From: Gordius albopunctatus
Taxonomy: Eukaryota
Length of the DNA: 64,000 nucleotides
Direction: 5' to 3'
Assembly (NCBI GenBank): GCA_964276515.1
Contig: OZ193909.1
Location: 12,772,001-12,836,000, forward strand
The notes under the pieces are model-generated. The model did not search any database. It worked only from the letters and a program-made list of their open reading frames with translations, and was not told the origin of the DNA. Numbering within the stretch: position 1 is the first letter of the stretch; the number at the start of each line of letters is the position of its first letter. The translations under genes were made by a program, and so were the position numbers. Below, piece by piece: positions 13,501 to 27,660 of the stretch.

Positions 13501-16500
13501 ACCTTATTGTATATGATCACGAGTTCTTTGGAGTCAAATTTATTTTTTTTACCAAATATGCAGCTCACCTAGCTGTTCTGCCCACCCTGTGTATGTAGGT
13601 ATTAACGTCTTCCGGGCAATCCATTTGAACCACCCAATGCACCTCAGGGAAATCTAAAGGCATAAATGAATAATTTCAGATACTTCACGAACGAAACAGT
13701 TTCAAGCGTGTTTAATTGTTTTTATTTAAGCAATTTATGGAATTTTAGGGTCACCACAACATCATCTTGATCAACCGAAAACATTAAAAGTTCTTTGTGA
13801 AACAAAATTTTTTTATAGATATCACAAAACTCCTGGAGAAAGCAATACAAAGAGCACAACTCTATGCATTTCAATAAATATAAGGTTTTTCATTTTAAAA
13901 AATAAAAAATTTTTGCCCCACACATTATCATAATTATATCAATAGAACCAAGCAACGCTTGAGATTTAATGAGAAAAATAAATGATTGATTTATAGGATA
14001 TCCACACTCAACATACTTTTTAAATATGTTTTGATTATTAAAATAATGAAGCAAAGTAAAGTCAACTCCCATCCTAAAGTCTCAAAAACAAATTATATTA
14101 TGTATTTAAAGCCTTTTCAGATCGAAATCAATCAAAAACTAAGTTAAAGTACCCAAGCCTCTAGCGGCTATATCAGTGGCTATTAGGACTGCGGATTGTT
14201 TCCTACTAAATTCGTCGTAGGCTGCCACGCGCTTGAGTTGATTCATGGTTCCGTACAGGGCTAAAACGCTCATGCCCGGTTTCATGCGACACAAGGCGCT
14301 GTATATGAATTTAACCTGCACCAAACAAAATCCATTTTTAATGGCATCGTCGTGGCATTGAGTGCATATTTACCTGTTTGCAACTCGTCATAAACACGAT
14401 TATCTTTTGATTCATGTGATTTTTGATGAAGGAGTACAATAACGAAAATTTTTCCTTCAGTTCGGACACGATGTAGGACTGCAAAAATATATTTATGGTG
14501 AAATTCGCTGTAATATGCGTGTGCAAGGAAAAATAACCTTTCCAAAATTCAAAAAAGGATCTGAAAAAATATTGATGTGTAAAAACGTTTAATATGCCTT
14601 TATATCAAACACGAACTACTATTAGTCCAATTTATGGCTACGTTAATGGGCTAACTCAAGTTTAAATGGTAGTTTTAGGTTTGAATGTGATGATCAATTA
14701 TAATATAAAATGAGTAGAACAATTAAAATATAATGGTAACCAGGCTTTTTCAAAAACTCTCGAGCTTTTCAACATAAATCTATACCTGAACTAATTGCTG
14801 AGGGGTCGTTTCTTGATTTTTTAAATTTGCGGATACATAAATTGGATTCTCCAAACTCAAACGTGCCAAATCCTTTACAGACCTAGGGTCAAAATTTGAA
14901 ACATACAATAATTAATAGCGTAAGTTAAGCAAATATTAACTTGGTCTGGGTAGCAGAAAATAAGAGGGTTTGCCTTTGTATCGCCAGTGATTCTATGATG
15001 GCATTCAGAGTGCTTTGAAATCCCATGTCCAAAATACGATCGGCTTCATCTAGTACTAAGTAACACAATAGAAAATTAAGGTAAAGTTCTGCAAGGTTAA
15101 TACCTTCTAAAATCAAGTGAATTTTTCAAACCTATATCAGACTAAACAAACTAATAAAATAAATTATATTTATCTTTTGGGTTAAAGAAAATTTTACCCA
15201 AAAAGACAGAAGAGAAAAATCAAAATTTTATCCCAAATCCTATATCTATATTTGATCTGTTACAATAAGAAAACGAAAGACTTACCTAAAATTTGTAAAT
15301 TATCACACACAAATAGGGTCGTTTGTTCTAAGTGCTGTAAAAGCCTGCCAGGGGTACACACTATAATATTTGTTTGAGATATTTTGTGTTTTTCGAAATT
15401 GACATCCTATCACAAATATATACATATATCCAAGATTATTAACATTACCTTGCCCCCAATAACTATGCCCGCCGAAAAATCGTGATATTTTCCAACTCTT
15501 TTTAAAACTTCAAATGTCTGATAGGCCAACTCTCGTGTGGGTGATATTATTAAAGCACCCAGCCCATCATATTGGGTCCAATTTGAGTGATGCAATTTTT
15601 CTAAAACCTTAGGTGTATATGATTTTAAAACTTTAATAACAAAGTTCCTTTATTAAAAAATTGAAAATAATGTATATAGATTTATTAAAATTATAAATAT
15701 GGGCAACTTATATATTAAATGAGAGTAATATTGACCTAGAGCATCCTATGTATTAAAAATGACAACAATATAATTAAAAAATAACAATTTCTGAATTATA
15801 TTTGGCTAAATTCAATTTAAACAGCAATCAATAAAAATGTAAAGTTGGTTAAATTATGAATCTTAAGTTACTGGTATTAGAAATGCCAATGTTTTCCCTG
15901 AGCCTGTTTTTGCAGCCCCAAGTATGTCATGACCTTTTAAAGCTAAAATAATTGATTCCTTCTGTATCTCTGTTGGTTGTATGTAATTAGCTTCAACTAG
16001 CCCTAACAATTATGAAAATAATCAATTTGTAAATTTATGTTACAGCCTTTGTTAGAACTGTTTCTGGATTTTGCTGCTTATATTGTCATTATTTTTTAAT
16101 ATTAATTTGTGTCTTGTAATTTATTATCATTTAAAAAGTTTTATAATTTATGGTCACCAGCCAACATGTAGCTTTTCATGTACATATCAATTTTATGTTT
16201 CTGTGAAAGCTTTAAGCTGACACAATTATTTAAAAATTATATTAAATACTATCTAATAATATATATATTAAAGCAGCTAATTTTAAATCCATATAAGATT
16301 GCTCATCCCTTAATTCTCTTACAATAATTGGATTAATCAAAGTTAGTATAAAACTTTTAATTGATAAATAAATAATATTTTTTAATAAAAATATGCTATG
16401 CAATCAATCTTTAAAACTTAGAATTTAAAGTTTATACAGCTAAATAATTATATTGACATACCATTTATAGTTTTCTTAGATATAGGAAAAGTTTTAAATT

Positions 16501-16659
16501 CATCCAGTATATATTCATCCTATATATTAGTTATAATTGATATAATAAAAATACATTTTCAAGTTTTTGCTTCAAATTCTCAAGCTCCTTATTTTCTATT
16601 TCCCATTTTTTAGGTTTCTTACGACGAATTTTAGCAATAGGTTTACTAATATTAGTCAT
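10589..16659 (-). CDS. DDX10: DEAD-box RNA helicase DDX10/Dbp4, about 16 exons
   Basis: [33 protein letters not shown] and HRVGRTAR motifs, plus the DDX10-typical [13 protein letters not shown] and C-terminal [13 protein letters not shown]. Confidence 0.93.
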
Positions 16660-17679
16660 GATATGGAAAAAAATATTACAGCTGAAATGCTGATCAAACC
16701 ATTATGGTACACATTCAAAGATCTATGCATAGACTAATCCGTAGTCTTTAAAACCCAGATAGCCAAATTTTTAGTTTTAATACTATATTCTTTTCCATCA
16801 AACGACTGATTATTGTCTCTATAATAAGCAATATTTAGAGTTTGTTTATTTTTTTTATTTATACTTCATACATCATTAATTAACTGATAACTCTAAACCT
16901 TCTCCCTCATCATCTTAATTCCTAAGTTATTTTTTCTTTAGAATATTCCCCACTCAACAGGTACTCGCCTCTATTTGAACTAATAACACAGGTCTACAAA
17001 AAAATCAACTGGAAAACAGTTAACATATTTTTATAAGGTTTTTTTGTTGTGAACATGAATATATTATTCGTTTATCCTTGTAATTCTAGTTTTTTAAATA
17101 ATTGATTCTAAAGTTTTCAAAACGAACATTTTTGCCCCTTTCAGGAGGTGTATATTGAGAAAACATATCGACAATAATTTGTAAAAATAATCTTCGCATT
17201 AAAAAGGAAATTCACACAAAAAACAATTTTTCCCTTGGGTTAATTAGTTAATTTATCTTAAAAGTTAACTTACTCCTTAAATTTAATATCACAAAAGCGC
17301 CCCAGACTTAGGACCCCCCTCCCTTCCCTATTCCATAGGTTTCTATGCATATATAATAAGCATGTAAATGTAAGTTTCTACATTACTACTATACTACTAC
17401 TACACTTTATTCACCCTCACATCAATCAATCTTTTATCAAAGCTTATACTTTAAAAATTCGAGTGAATGCTGATATTAAAGACTTTGTGTAATTAGATAT
17501 TCACATGTGTTGCGCACCCAGTCCTGTTTTATTAAAATTTTGACTCTTGAAAATGGGCAATGTCGATTAAGATGCAATAAACCCCTATAAAACTAAATTT
17601 AATTAAATTAGTACTTTTTTTCCTATTTTTTTTATTAAATGAAACTACAAACAACTATAAAAATCATATGCGAGGTAAA

Positions 17680-18245
17680 CATTCAAAAATTGCGATAGCG
17701 TTGAAATGACAAATAATGATTCCGATTTTCTGTTTAATGAAAAAAGTTTCCTTATTGTCAAGGGTATTGACAGCTATACGGCGTTCCTATTCTTTCAGAA
17801 GGGCTAGGGTTTTAGGACCTATTGTTGTAAGGGTAGTGGTCACTATAGGGGAGAAAAGCAGTGAGGAATTAAGTTCTGCGTATTTAGTGGACTTTAATCT
17901 TTCCGAATCAACAAGGGGGTCTTTGTTTTGGTTTGAGGGAGAAAAAGCATCCAGACAGGTGTAGTCCCAAGCTAGGCATAGCCCTTTTGCCCATGGGATG
18001 AGGGTCTGTCCATCAGGTCTCTTATTGTCTCTAAGGCAAAGATCATTAGGCTCCAATTGGGAGGGATACCCCGCCTTTATGAATGTCTTCTGTAGAAGAT
18101 CATTAACAGATGTGTGCCGTAGAAATCTGGCCTTATTAAATTTGCAATGCAGACCATGGTGACCTTTTGTATGATGAGGGGCAACTATATCACATCCTAG
18201 GCGGAGCCCTGTTGCAATCCTGAACTCGTTGTTGGAGAGTTGAAG
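17680..18245 (-). mobile_element. Fragment of a CRE-like non-LTR retrotransposon (restriction-like endonuclease domain)
   Basis: RHTSVND...EP...KRPDGQTLIPW..G..LAWDYTC, an RLE PD-(D/E)xK motif. Confidence 0.75.
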
Positions 18246-18467
18246 GTCATGATAAATAAAATTTGAATTGCATTATAAAAGTTATTATATATTAATTTTA
18301 AACAAAAAAGCTAATTTAATAATTTATGAAAGTGTAGACATATAAAGGAAAATGAAATATGAGCAAAATCATCCGATCACTAATTTTATTAGGCGATAAC
18401 TATTTACAAAAATAAAGGGGGTTTTACAATATAAAGGGTTTGCGATGGGACAAAAGTACAATCTTCT

Positions 18468-21400
18468 TTATCGTGTTGAAAATCCCACAGACGTGGGGTA
18501 CGTTTTCAGCAGCCTCTTCCATCTGAGTCGTGTGAATGCCATGCCAATTTCCATCTGTTTGACGTCCATATCCTTTTCGACCAGTCGTTTCCAGGTGGCA
18601 CGTGGTCTGCCCCTTTCTCTTCTTCCAGGCACGTCCATCTCCAGCGTTCGGCGTGTGACATCGTCTTCGTCTCTTCGTAATACATGGCCGTACCACCGCA
18701 GTCGATTTTCTCTTAAGAAGTCCTTCGTCGCTTGTATACCCATCTTTGTCATCAAGGATTCGTTCGTCATGCGATCCAGCTTGGTGTAGCCTAAACTCCA
18801 TCGCACCATTCTCATTTCCGTGACTTGCAAGAGTTTCTCCTCCGCGCTGGTTACAGCCCATGTTTCGCTCCCGTAAAGCAAGACCGGTCGCACGATGGTT
18901 TTGTACGCCTTGCTTTTCAACCAAATTGGTATCTTTTTGTCACACATGACACCGGAGATGCTGCGCCACTTGAGCCATGCTTTCTTGATCCGAGAATGGA
19001 CTTCGGCGGTACATCCTCCCTCTTGGTGTAATAGCGAGCCAAGATATGTGAACTTATCAACCTCCGTGTACCTTGGACCTTCAATTTTGTGCATTTGCGG
19101 ACAACCGCCCATCGTTTGCATGTAAACCGTTTTCTTCTCGCTGACCTTTAACCCGAATTCCGAGAAACGTTCTGACCATTTTTCCGCCTGATGAAAAACC
19201 CCTTCTCTTGTTTCATCGCATAGGACAATATCGTCGGCATATAGCATAGTCCAAGGGGCTGGCTTGTGCAAGTCCTTTGTTATTGTATCCATAATTAGAT
19301 TAAACAAGAATGGGCTTAACGCTGATCCTTGATGTAGTCCGATCATTATTCGGAAGGGTTTCGTTACTCCTACGGTAGTCCTAACAGATGCAACCGCGCC
19401 ATTATACATTTCCTTGATAAGTCGAACATATCCTTCGGGTATATTTCTGGCTCTAAGGGACCACCATATTAAGTCTCTCGGAACCGTATCGTAGGCCTTT
19501 TCTAAATCGATGAAGACCATGTGTAATTTCTTTCTTATGTCGCCATATTTTTCCATCGTCTGCTTTAGTGATGCGGAAAAACCGAGACAAATCTCGGACT
19601 TTTGATTTTAAATTATTTACGCACCTAATTATCCGCTTCGCGCTAATTTCAAATTTATAGTATAATCTTATTAAAACATTAACATAGTGTTATTCGAAGA
19701 AGTAATTATGTATTTATTTAGCTTATATAATATGAAAATTTTAGACGATGAGTTTTTCCCCAGCATGCAATTTAAAAAAGAACAAGCTACTGAAACATTT
19801 CACAATATCCAAAGAGGAATCAAATAAAATGGGGAAATGTAAATTCTGTTCCAAAGAAATAAAAATGACAGATAGCAATACTTCAGGTCTTCAACGACAT
19901 CTAAAACGTTACCATCATAAGGATTATTATACATTAAGTCAATATTTTGTTGTATATAATGGGATGCCACACCAAAATAGAATTGTTTAAATTTTCTAAA
20001 TAAACGTTACTTAATTATATATGTGCAATTAACCTAAGATATCAAAACTTTTATGTTCTTCCAACAATATGGCTATTTTATTGTATTTACGATATTCATA
20101 TAATTACTTGTTATAAATGATAATGTTTTAAAAAGTTACTCTCGCATTTTTTTCATTATTTGTACTCTATTATTTAAAATTTCAATAAATTCATTATGTT
20201 AAAGTATGATGATATTAAACTTTATTTTATTGAGCCTTACCCAGGACATAAAATTTATTAATTAGCAGCCTTATACCTTTGAGTCAATTAGTATATAACA
20301 CCTATATTATATTGCTTCCTACCTTAAGTTACTCAAGCTTCTGTTTTGAGATTCAAGTTAAAAAATACGTCTATTTTGACAAATTTATACCTTATATAAT
20401 AATTTATAAGAAAAAAATATATGTTATTATAATTATTTTTAAAAGTCGAGACGAGACGAGATCGAGATTCTAATAATCCCACCCGAGACGAGACGAGATC
20501 GAAACACTAGTCTGCTTCAACGCAAAGATTCGGTTCATCGTTGATTTACCGGCCACAAATCCAAACTGATTGGGCGAGAGACAAACTTCGTCATTGAGCC
20601 TTTTCACTAGCACCCTTTCTAGTAGTTTTAGTGAGTGGCAGGTCAACTTGATACCTCTAAAGTTGCCACATTCCTGCGCGTCTCCTTTACCTTTGTATAT
20701 GGGTATGATCGTACTTTCCCTCCATTGGTCAGGGATACGACTCTCATACAGCATAGCGTTAAATAGGCCTGTCATTATGTCGATTCCTTCTCCTTTGCAC
20801 CCAAGCCAAGCTTCGATCGGTAGATCATCGGGACCTAGCGCTTTCCCTTTCCGCATCTTCGTTAGTTGCACTCCTATTTCATAAGCCTGAAATGGTAAAA
20901 CCAAGTTCGAGTTCGGTTCCACCCTCTCTAGCGGTCTTCTATCATTTGTTTTGTTCATCATATTTTGGAAATAATCTTTCCATCTTTTGATGACTTCCTT
21001 CGGTTTGCACAACGTTCGTCCCTCTTCGCTTTTAATGACTTTAAGTGTCCCGACATCTCGACTTTTTTTCTCCCTGATCTTTGCGAGTTTATACATGACT
21101 ATGTCGCCGCCCTTGGTATCGAGCTTGTTTGTTATCTCGGTGTAAACGTCGTTCTTCGCTATCTCGACCGCTATCTTAGCTTTGCGTTTCGCTTCACGAT
21201 ATGCCTCGTAGTCTTCTCCTTTCTTCGTTTTGTACCATCGTAGGTACAACGCCTTCTTTTCTTCTATAACCTCTTTGACCGAGTCATTCCACCACCATAG
21301 TTCACGCTTGTGAGCTCTGCCGCCCTTAGTTCGTCCCAATATTTGTAAGGCGGTGCCCCACCTTTTGTTAATGTCGCCCTCCAAGCCTGCAACCTTCAAG

Positions 21401-22465
21401 AGCGGAGTTGCTCGAGTGTGAAACATTTCATTTGCATGATCATCCTTAAGCTTTTCGTACTTTGTCCTTGGTGTGTAGACTTTTCTCCTTACGGGAAAAA
21501 TCTTTCTTGCTATATCGAGGACAACTGGCCGATGTTGTTTGGCGATTTTTTCCCCCGGTATAACCTTGCAATCTTTAACTTGCCACAAATTTTTGCGCTT
21601 CACTAATATGTAGTCGACCTGTGTAAGGTGATTTCCACTACTGTACGTCGCTAAATGTTCGGTACGCTTCTGAAAGAAGGTATTCACGATGGCCATATCG
21701 TAAGCTTGCGCCATCTGTAGTAACTTCTCTCCCTCTTTATTTTTCACTCCATAGCCATGCCCGCCGTGATTTCGTTCATACACGCCCCTTTCTTTCCCAA
21801 CGTGCCCATTAAAGTCTGCTCCGATGATGAGATTCTCGTCAGGCTTCACGTAGCGTATTTCTTCTTCGAGCTTCTCATAGAATTCGTCCTTCTCGTTTTC
21901 GGAACATCCAACCTGGGGCGAATACGCACAAATAACATTGACAAGGCCGCCTTGATCCGCCAGCTTTATGCACATCAATCTATCTGAGCATCGTTTGACT
22001 TCGACTACCTTGTCCTTAAAGGAATCGCTAAGCACTATACCGACCCCGTTCTTCCGTGATGGGGAACCCGAGTAGTATAGCTTGTATCCATCTCCTAGCT
22101 CCCTGGCTTTTGTTCCATGCCACCGTGTTTCTTGTAGACACGCTATGTGTATCCTTCGCCTTTTTAGCATCTGCGCAACCTCGATGCTCTTCCCCGTCAG
22201 CGTACCCACATTCCAGCTAGCCACTCTTATCCGTTCGACAACTAGGTTCCTTAAACGCCTTCGTTGTGAGTGAGGCGGTGACCCTTGTATACTTTTCACA
22301 TTGCACGGGTGGATGATGCAAAGCGCGTCGTTTGGGGAGGACGCCCTAGCATTCTGGTATAAGTTCGTATTTGAAGCTGCCATGGTGTTTGGAGTTGCTT
22401 TTTACAGCCGGCTTCCGACCTGACGCCAACCCTCCATTTTTTTCACACGGACTTGGGACCGTCGT
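18468..22465 (-). mobile_element. Near full-length RTE-clade LINE (APE + RT), split by a hAT insertion
   Basis: The 637-aa APE/RT-N ORF and the 362-aa RT-C ORF (YADD) rejoin in frame (…ALKQT|MEKY…) when 19566-20509 and one TSD copy are removed. Confidence 0.93.
19566..20509 (+). mobile_element. Non-autonomous hAT element with BED zinc-finger remnant
   Basis: TAGTG...CACTA ends, 8-bp TSD gtctgctt, subterminal cgagacgaga repeats, and an ORF with CKFC..TSGLQRHLKRYH. Confidence 0.9.
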
Positions 22466-23829
22466 TAAAGTACAATAAAAGTACAAAATGATTGGGGAAA
22501 AGCAGAGTGATTGGGAAAAAATACAAAGATTGGGAAAAAGTACATTGATTGGGGAAAAACATAAAAATTAATAATTGATGGGGGATTTCGTATTTATAGC
22601 CATTGAATCTCCCCAAGGTGGCGGGCTTTATTGAACGATCGATGTTCTGAAAATCTTCAGATTGGGCTGCGGGATCGAAAGCAGATGTTGTTAGCGTAAA
22701 ATAAAAAGAATAAGTAATTAAAAAAATAGCGTCAAATAAAATTAGCCACTTCCGCGTATAGGTTAACCCGCGGTAAAATTGCTTTCTTTGAACAATTTAT
22801 TTTTTTATTACAAGGACTGCAGAACCATTCTTTAACCCTTTTACGTTATAAATAATAAAAGATCTAGGTATACCGCGCGATAATTATAACGCCTTAGTAT
22901 ACACGTATACCACAGTTAAGAATAATTTTATATAAGTGCAATTTAATAAAATAAACAACATTTCCATTTTCATGCAAGGATTAAAACAATCTAATTAAGT
23001 TTTTTCCATCAAATTTTGTCTATACTAAGAATCCATATTTTACATTTCAAAATTAAAAATTCTCATAAAGCCCCTTAGTGGTCCTTTTAATTTAATTTAA
23101 CTTCCAGACGTTTACAGAGTTTTGCCCACTCGAACCAGTCATAAAAAATGTTTGGTCTTTGAGCTCGTTCGCGTATATTTTTTTTATTCTTAAAGCCCGT
23201 CCTTACCCGACCACGGGCCAGGCTGCCCCTGTGGTGGGTCTCTAATTTATAATCCCAAAGCCCTGCATTCATTCGAAAAAATCTGCAATAATAAACAATT
23301 ACCGGAGTTAGGGTTAAAGGGGTCCTGATCAGAGTCATAAAAAGGTAACCATATTGACCCTATGTCTTATAGAAGCGTAGCTTTAATAAATATTAATTAG
23401 AGGATTGCGAACAACTATAAAACACTTTTTAATGATTACAAATATAATTGACAGTCTTTTTGCGCAAAACTCCCTATATATTCTCGACTGCGTTCGTCGT
23501 CCATCCCAAAAAATAATAACATTTTTATTTTGCTCTATGAATTAAAACCTCCGATTAAACACCTAAATTATCTTTCAGACCCACTAATTGCGAATATTGG
23601 TGTCAGACAAGGTTATCTCCTATCCTCATTATTTTTTCTATCTGTCTTCGACCTAAATTCAAAAGATTCTTGTTAAGGAAATTATTAGTCTTTAGATATT
23701 AAAATTAACATTAATAAATAGGAATAAACTTGTGAATATTGCAAATTTAAAGAATTTTACAGGTTGTTATTTCTTCTAAAGCTTATACCACAGAATATGG
23801 CTTATACATAATAACTATTTAGGTACACA

Positions 23830-24129
23830 TTTCGAGACAAGATGTTATGTAGGATAAAGTAATAATTACTTTATTGTATAATATAAATTAAATCGTTGGA
23901 AGAAAAGTAAGTGAGTAAAAAGAGTTTTAAACTCCTTTTATATACTCGTGAATTAATTGAATAAATCAATCAAGTTTAGTGGTGCTTTCGCGAGGTATAA
24001 ATAAATCAATTACGCGAGGTATAAATAAATCAATTTAGTGGTGTCTCCGCCAGGTATGCTTGATTGGTCAATTAACGTCGTGAAGTAGTAAGGTAATGTA
24101 AATGAGACAATTAAGTCAATTGCGCTACA
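23830..24129 (-). mobile_element. Gypsy solo LTR
   Basis: Near-identical to the LTRs at 40858, 44774 and 47874; 4-bp TSD caca. Confidence 0.88.
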
Positions 24130-24387
24130 CACACGTGCCAGAGAAGAATATAATTTGTATTCGGCAGAATATCTATCATCATTATACTTACCTGACATAA
24201 TTCAATGTCTTATGCTAAAATAAAGCTCTGAATAACAATATATATTATGTGCCTAGAAGAGTCTTTAAAAGTATTGAAAGTTTCTATTAGCATTTTGCGC
24301 AGTTGACGACAATTTAAAAATATCACCTGCTCTACATATGTCGTTACCACACAAAAAAGAAGTATATTTTCCATTCAATTGTTTGCC

Positions 24388-26592
24388 ATGATGGAGGAAA
24401 TCGAAAGTATACTAGCTTGAAATAATTCATTTTCTTAGATTTTAAAAACATGCTTCTTCAAACAAGGCAAAACTCTTTAATTATCTTAAGGAGTTTAGAC
24501 AAGCAATTTCAAATGTTAAAAGAGCGGTAATTATCTTAATTTTTAAACTTGACACTAAATTCCTTTATTATATATTTTTAGATTAATGAAAGATACAATT
24601 GATGTTATTGACAAAAAAGTAAATAATCTTATAAATGAGACTTCAATTGATTGGTTAAATAATCTTGATGACTTGGAAAATGAATTTCACAATGGCATTA
24701 ATGTTGCAGGTATCAATTTTTTATATAAATTATGTACAAAATTTTATAACAATTTTAAATCTTTTTTATGGATTTATTTTAGGAATATTAAATATCTATA
24801 AAAATATTGTTTACGAGTATAAAAATTTTATAAAATTATCTAATGCTATATAAAGGGCTGGAAATTATCAAATTAAGACATTATTTACAAAAATAACAAG
24901 ATTTGTTTACATAATTAACTTTTTTGTTTTAATAATTATTGTAAAAGTTCTATTTTTACAATTTTTGTAAAAAGTAATGAATTAAGTTCAAGTTTTTAAC
25001 ATAAAGGCATTGGCTTCATTAAATGCTTAAATTTTTATATTTAGCAATGGACTATATATTTTACTAAATTTTTTCCCTAGATTTTATAATTAAGTACCAA
25101 GTGTGCAGAAAGTTTTTATTTTTAGAAAATAATCATCAAATATTTTTTAATCCAATAAATTCCAATTTCACTCTTTTCCTTTCCTAAGTTGATTTAAAGT
25201 TATTGGAGTCATTTTTTTTGTAGAATATTTTAATTCAAAAAATCAGACCTTTAAAAAAGTGAATATTCATGTAGATGACTGGTTTTGGTTTATAAATTCA
25301 TGTAAAGCATCCACCTTTAATATAGATGTTTAATATAAAATTATTTACAATGGTATGATAGCTTGGGTTTGCTCCAGTCCCTGGCCCATGTGGCTGGATA
25401 CTTTATATTTTGTTATCTGAGTGCAGCTTGAAATCCTCTGGACTGAGACTTGGACGGTCCATGCAGGGGTTACTTTAAGAATCAAATGTGTAATGAAGAC
25501 ACTTATAAAAATATGTAACATCTAATTAATTTATAAATCTTATATATTTTTAAGTCAAAAAGGTTCCATAACAATTTTCCACAATTTCCGAATGGCAAAA
25601 TACTTTTAATTTTATAAAGTTTATATTATTTTCTTTTAATAAGCAACTAGTTCATTAGGAAATGAAGCCTTTTCTACATTTTATAATGTTATAAATGTTA
25701 TATGATGCAAAAATAAGTATAAATTTTATGTTGTAGATATATATCATACCTTGGGTTTAAAGAATTGTGATAAAGAACTTGACTTTGAGTTGCAGGCCTC
25801 ACTAGATGACCTGGAAAATGGTAAAAGAACGTTGATGGAAGAAAAGGTTAATGATATTAAAGCCCACATATTTAAAGTGGAAGAGCAAAAAGACAAGATG
25901 AGAGGGGGTAAGCTTAATTAAATTTTGTACATAACTCGTGATAGAAAATTTGGTGAAAAGCGTTAAGAGACCGTTCCTAACCTTCAAATACCCGAGAAAA
26001 CGTATCAAGGCTACCACTGTTACTGATATCCTTTTCATTTTTTTACTACAAATGCTTTTAACTATATTTTGTATACATACTAATTTCCTTAACATCTTTT
26101 TTCCCCCTTTCACGCCCCTATATAGTTTATAATCTAGATGAAAGCGATATCCTAGCAGACCTTATGGCCATTAAAGAGGTAATATAAAAATTATGTATAT
26201 TGAGGAAGTTTTACGAATCGATTGTAACGTATTGATAATAACTAGACAATAGATCTAATACGTCTTCTAAAGTCACGTTAGCTCCTAATATTTCAACAAT
26301 TTCTTCGTGATCATATTTGAGAAGAGCCAATTTTTTAAGCGCCCAAATCACTAAAACAACAAATGCCATCTCAACTTTGGTTGTCTATGAGTTTGCTATA
26401 ATACTGTATGATTCTAAGTTGTTTAATAATAAATATGTGTAGTTCCTTGACAAAAATAATCAGTTTTTAGCACCAGTGTTCCTTATTCTATCCCCTTTTA
26501 TTCGATTTTACTATATCTTTAATGGACATTTTATTTAGGGACTGCAAGAGATGAAACAAATCCATACAAACTATGGTATACTTGCATCTTAG
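24388..26592 (+). CDS. BRMS1: BRMS1/BRMS1L-like (Sds3 family) Sin3-HDAC subunit; exons 24388-24406, 24439-24526, 24582-24709, 25737-25907, 25945-26025, 26114-26178, 26539-26592
   Basis: LDKQFQMLKERL...VADIY...FELQAS...KATTVTGPYIVYNLDESDILADLMAIK. All splice phases are consistent; the last exon is least certain. Confidence 0.82.
26026..26113 (+). other. U12-type (minor) AT-AC intron
   Basis: Donor ATATCCTTT, branch point TTCCTTAAC at 26085-26093, CAC acceptor. Splicing restores the TVTGPYIVY motif. Confidence 0.9.
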
Positions 26593-27556
26593 CATACAAG
26601 GAGCCCATCCTAGTAATGTATATACAGCTGGAAGCAAACATCGATCTCAAGATTAACAATTCAAATGATTACATAAATATATTATTGTAGGCATGACAAA
26701 TATTATGTCTATTTAAGTTTTGTGTAAATTTTTATATGTCTACGAGCCTGTTTTATAAAAATTACCCTATATTTATAATTTATTCATAAAATATAGATAA
26801 TAATGATTCAGGCTTTATATAAAACTTGTCAAGTCTTGTTAAGCTCCAGTCTGGTTAATGATTTTTCTAAAAGAAAACATTTTATTATTTTTTAAATGAT
26901 AAAAGTTTATATTGCAAGAAATTTAGCATTTTATGTGTAAAAATAAAATATATTTAAACATTTTGTTTAATAAAAATTTTTGAATTTTATGATAAAAACG
27001 GGCGTAAATTCTGGAGGTTTTGAACACAAATGTTAATTTTTCCATATATATTTCCATAATTGATAAGAAAAAAATTGTAAATTCATTAAAAAGCTAAGAT
27101 TATTTGAATTTAACTATTCTTAACTATATTACACTGGTTTATAAGAAGTAGACATCTTAAGGGTAATATTATTATATTAATTTTAAATTTTAAAGCACTT
27201 GAATTCATTTATAATCAAAAATCAACCAGAACTAGAGTCTAAATTTATTTTTGAAGATTTTTTCGGATTTAGGTTTTTTGCGCTGTATATTTAAGAAGTT
27301 ACAGCAAAGTCCTATTCTAGTTCGAAAGAATTATGTATTTTTTTAGTAAGCTACACATTGCAAATAATTTTACAGTCATCGAAAGAGTTGATAGTTAATC
27401 AACGATTATTTTTCACAATTATAAATTACTATAAAAAAATAAATTGCCAAAGTTGCTGTGCAAGTAAGATGGAGTAGCTTTAATCCAGAAAACGGGCTAT
27501 TCTTTTTTTTATTCTTACATTTAGAAAATCAACTCTGAATAGAAATGCTAGTTACA

Positions 27557-27660
27557 TTAGAGATCTGCACGGGCAAGCCCGGCCGCGGAACGGGCTCGGG
27601 CGGCCTGAGATTTTTTTAACGGGCTTAAACGGGCCTGACGTTTTATAAACGGTCATGGAT
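27557..27660 (+). mobile_element. hAT-like terminal fragment (similar end at ~6028)
   Basis: tagagatctgcacggg terminus followed by cggg/cccg subterminal repeats; no partner end found. Confidence 0.45.

Noticed and set aside
22575..22700. HDV-like ribozyme upstream of the RTE element
   Set aside because: Some pairing is visible, but I could not build the nested double pseudoknot by eye.
24783..24853. In-frame terminal exon giving a 101-aa orphan (SYCE2-like) coiled-coil protein
   Set aside because: Exons 1-3 match the BRMS1 N-terminus and splice in phase to 25737. At most this is an unproven alternative exon.
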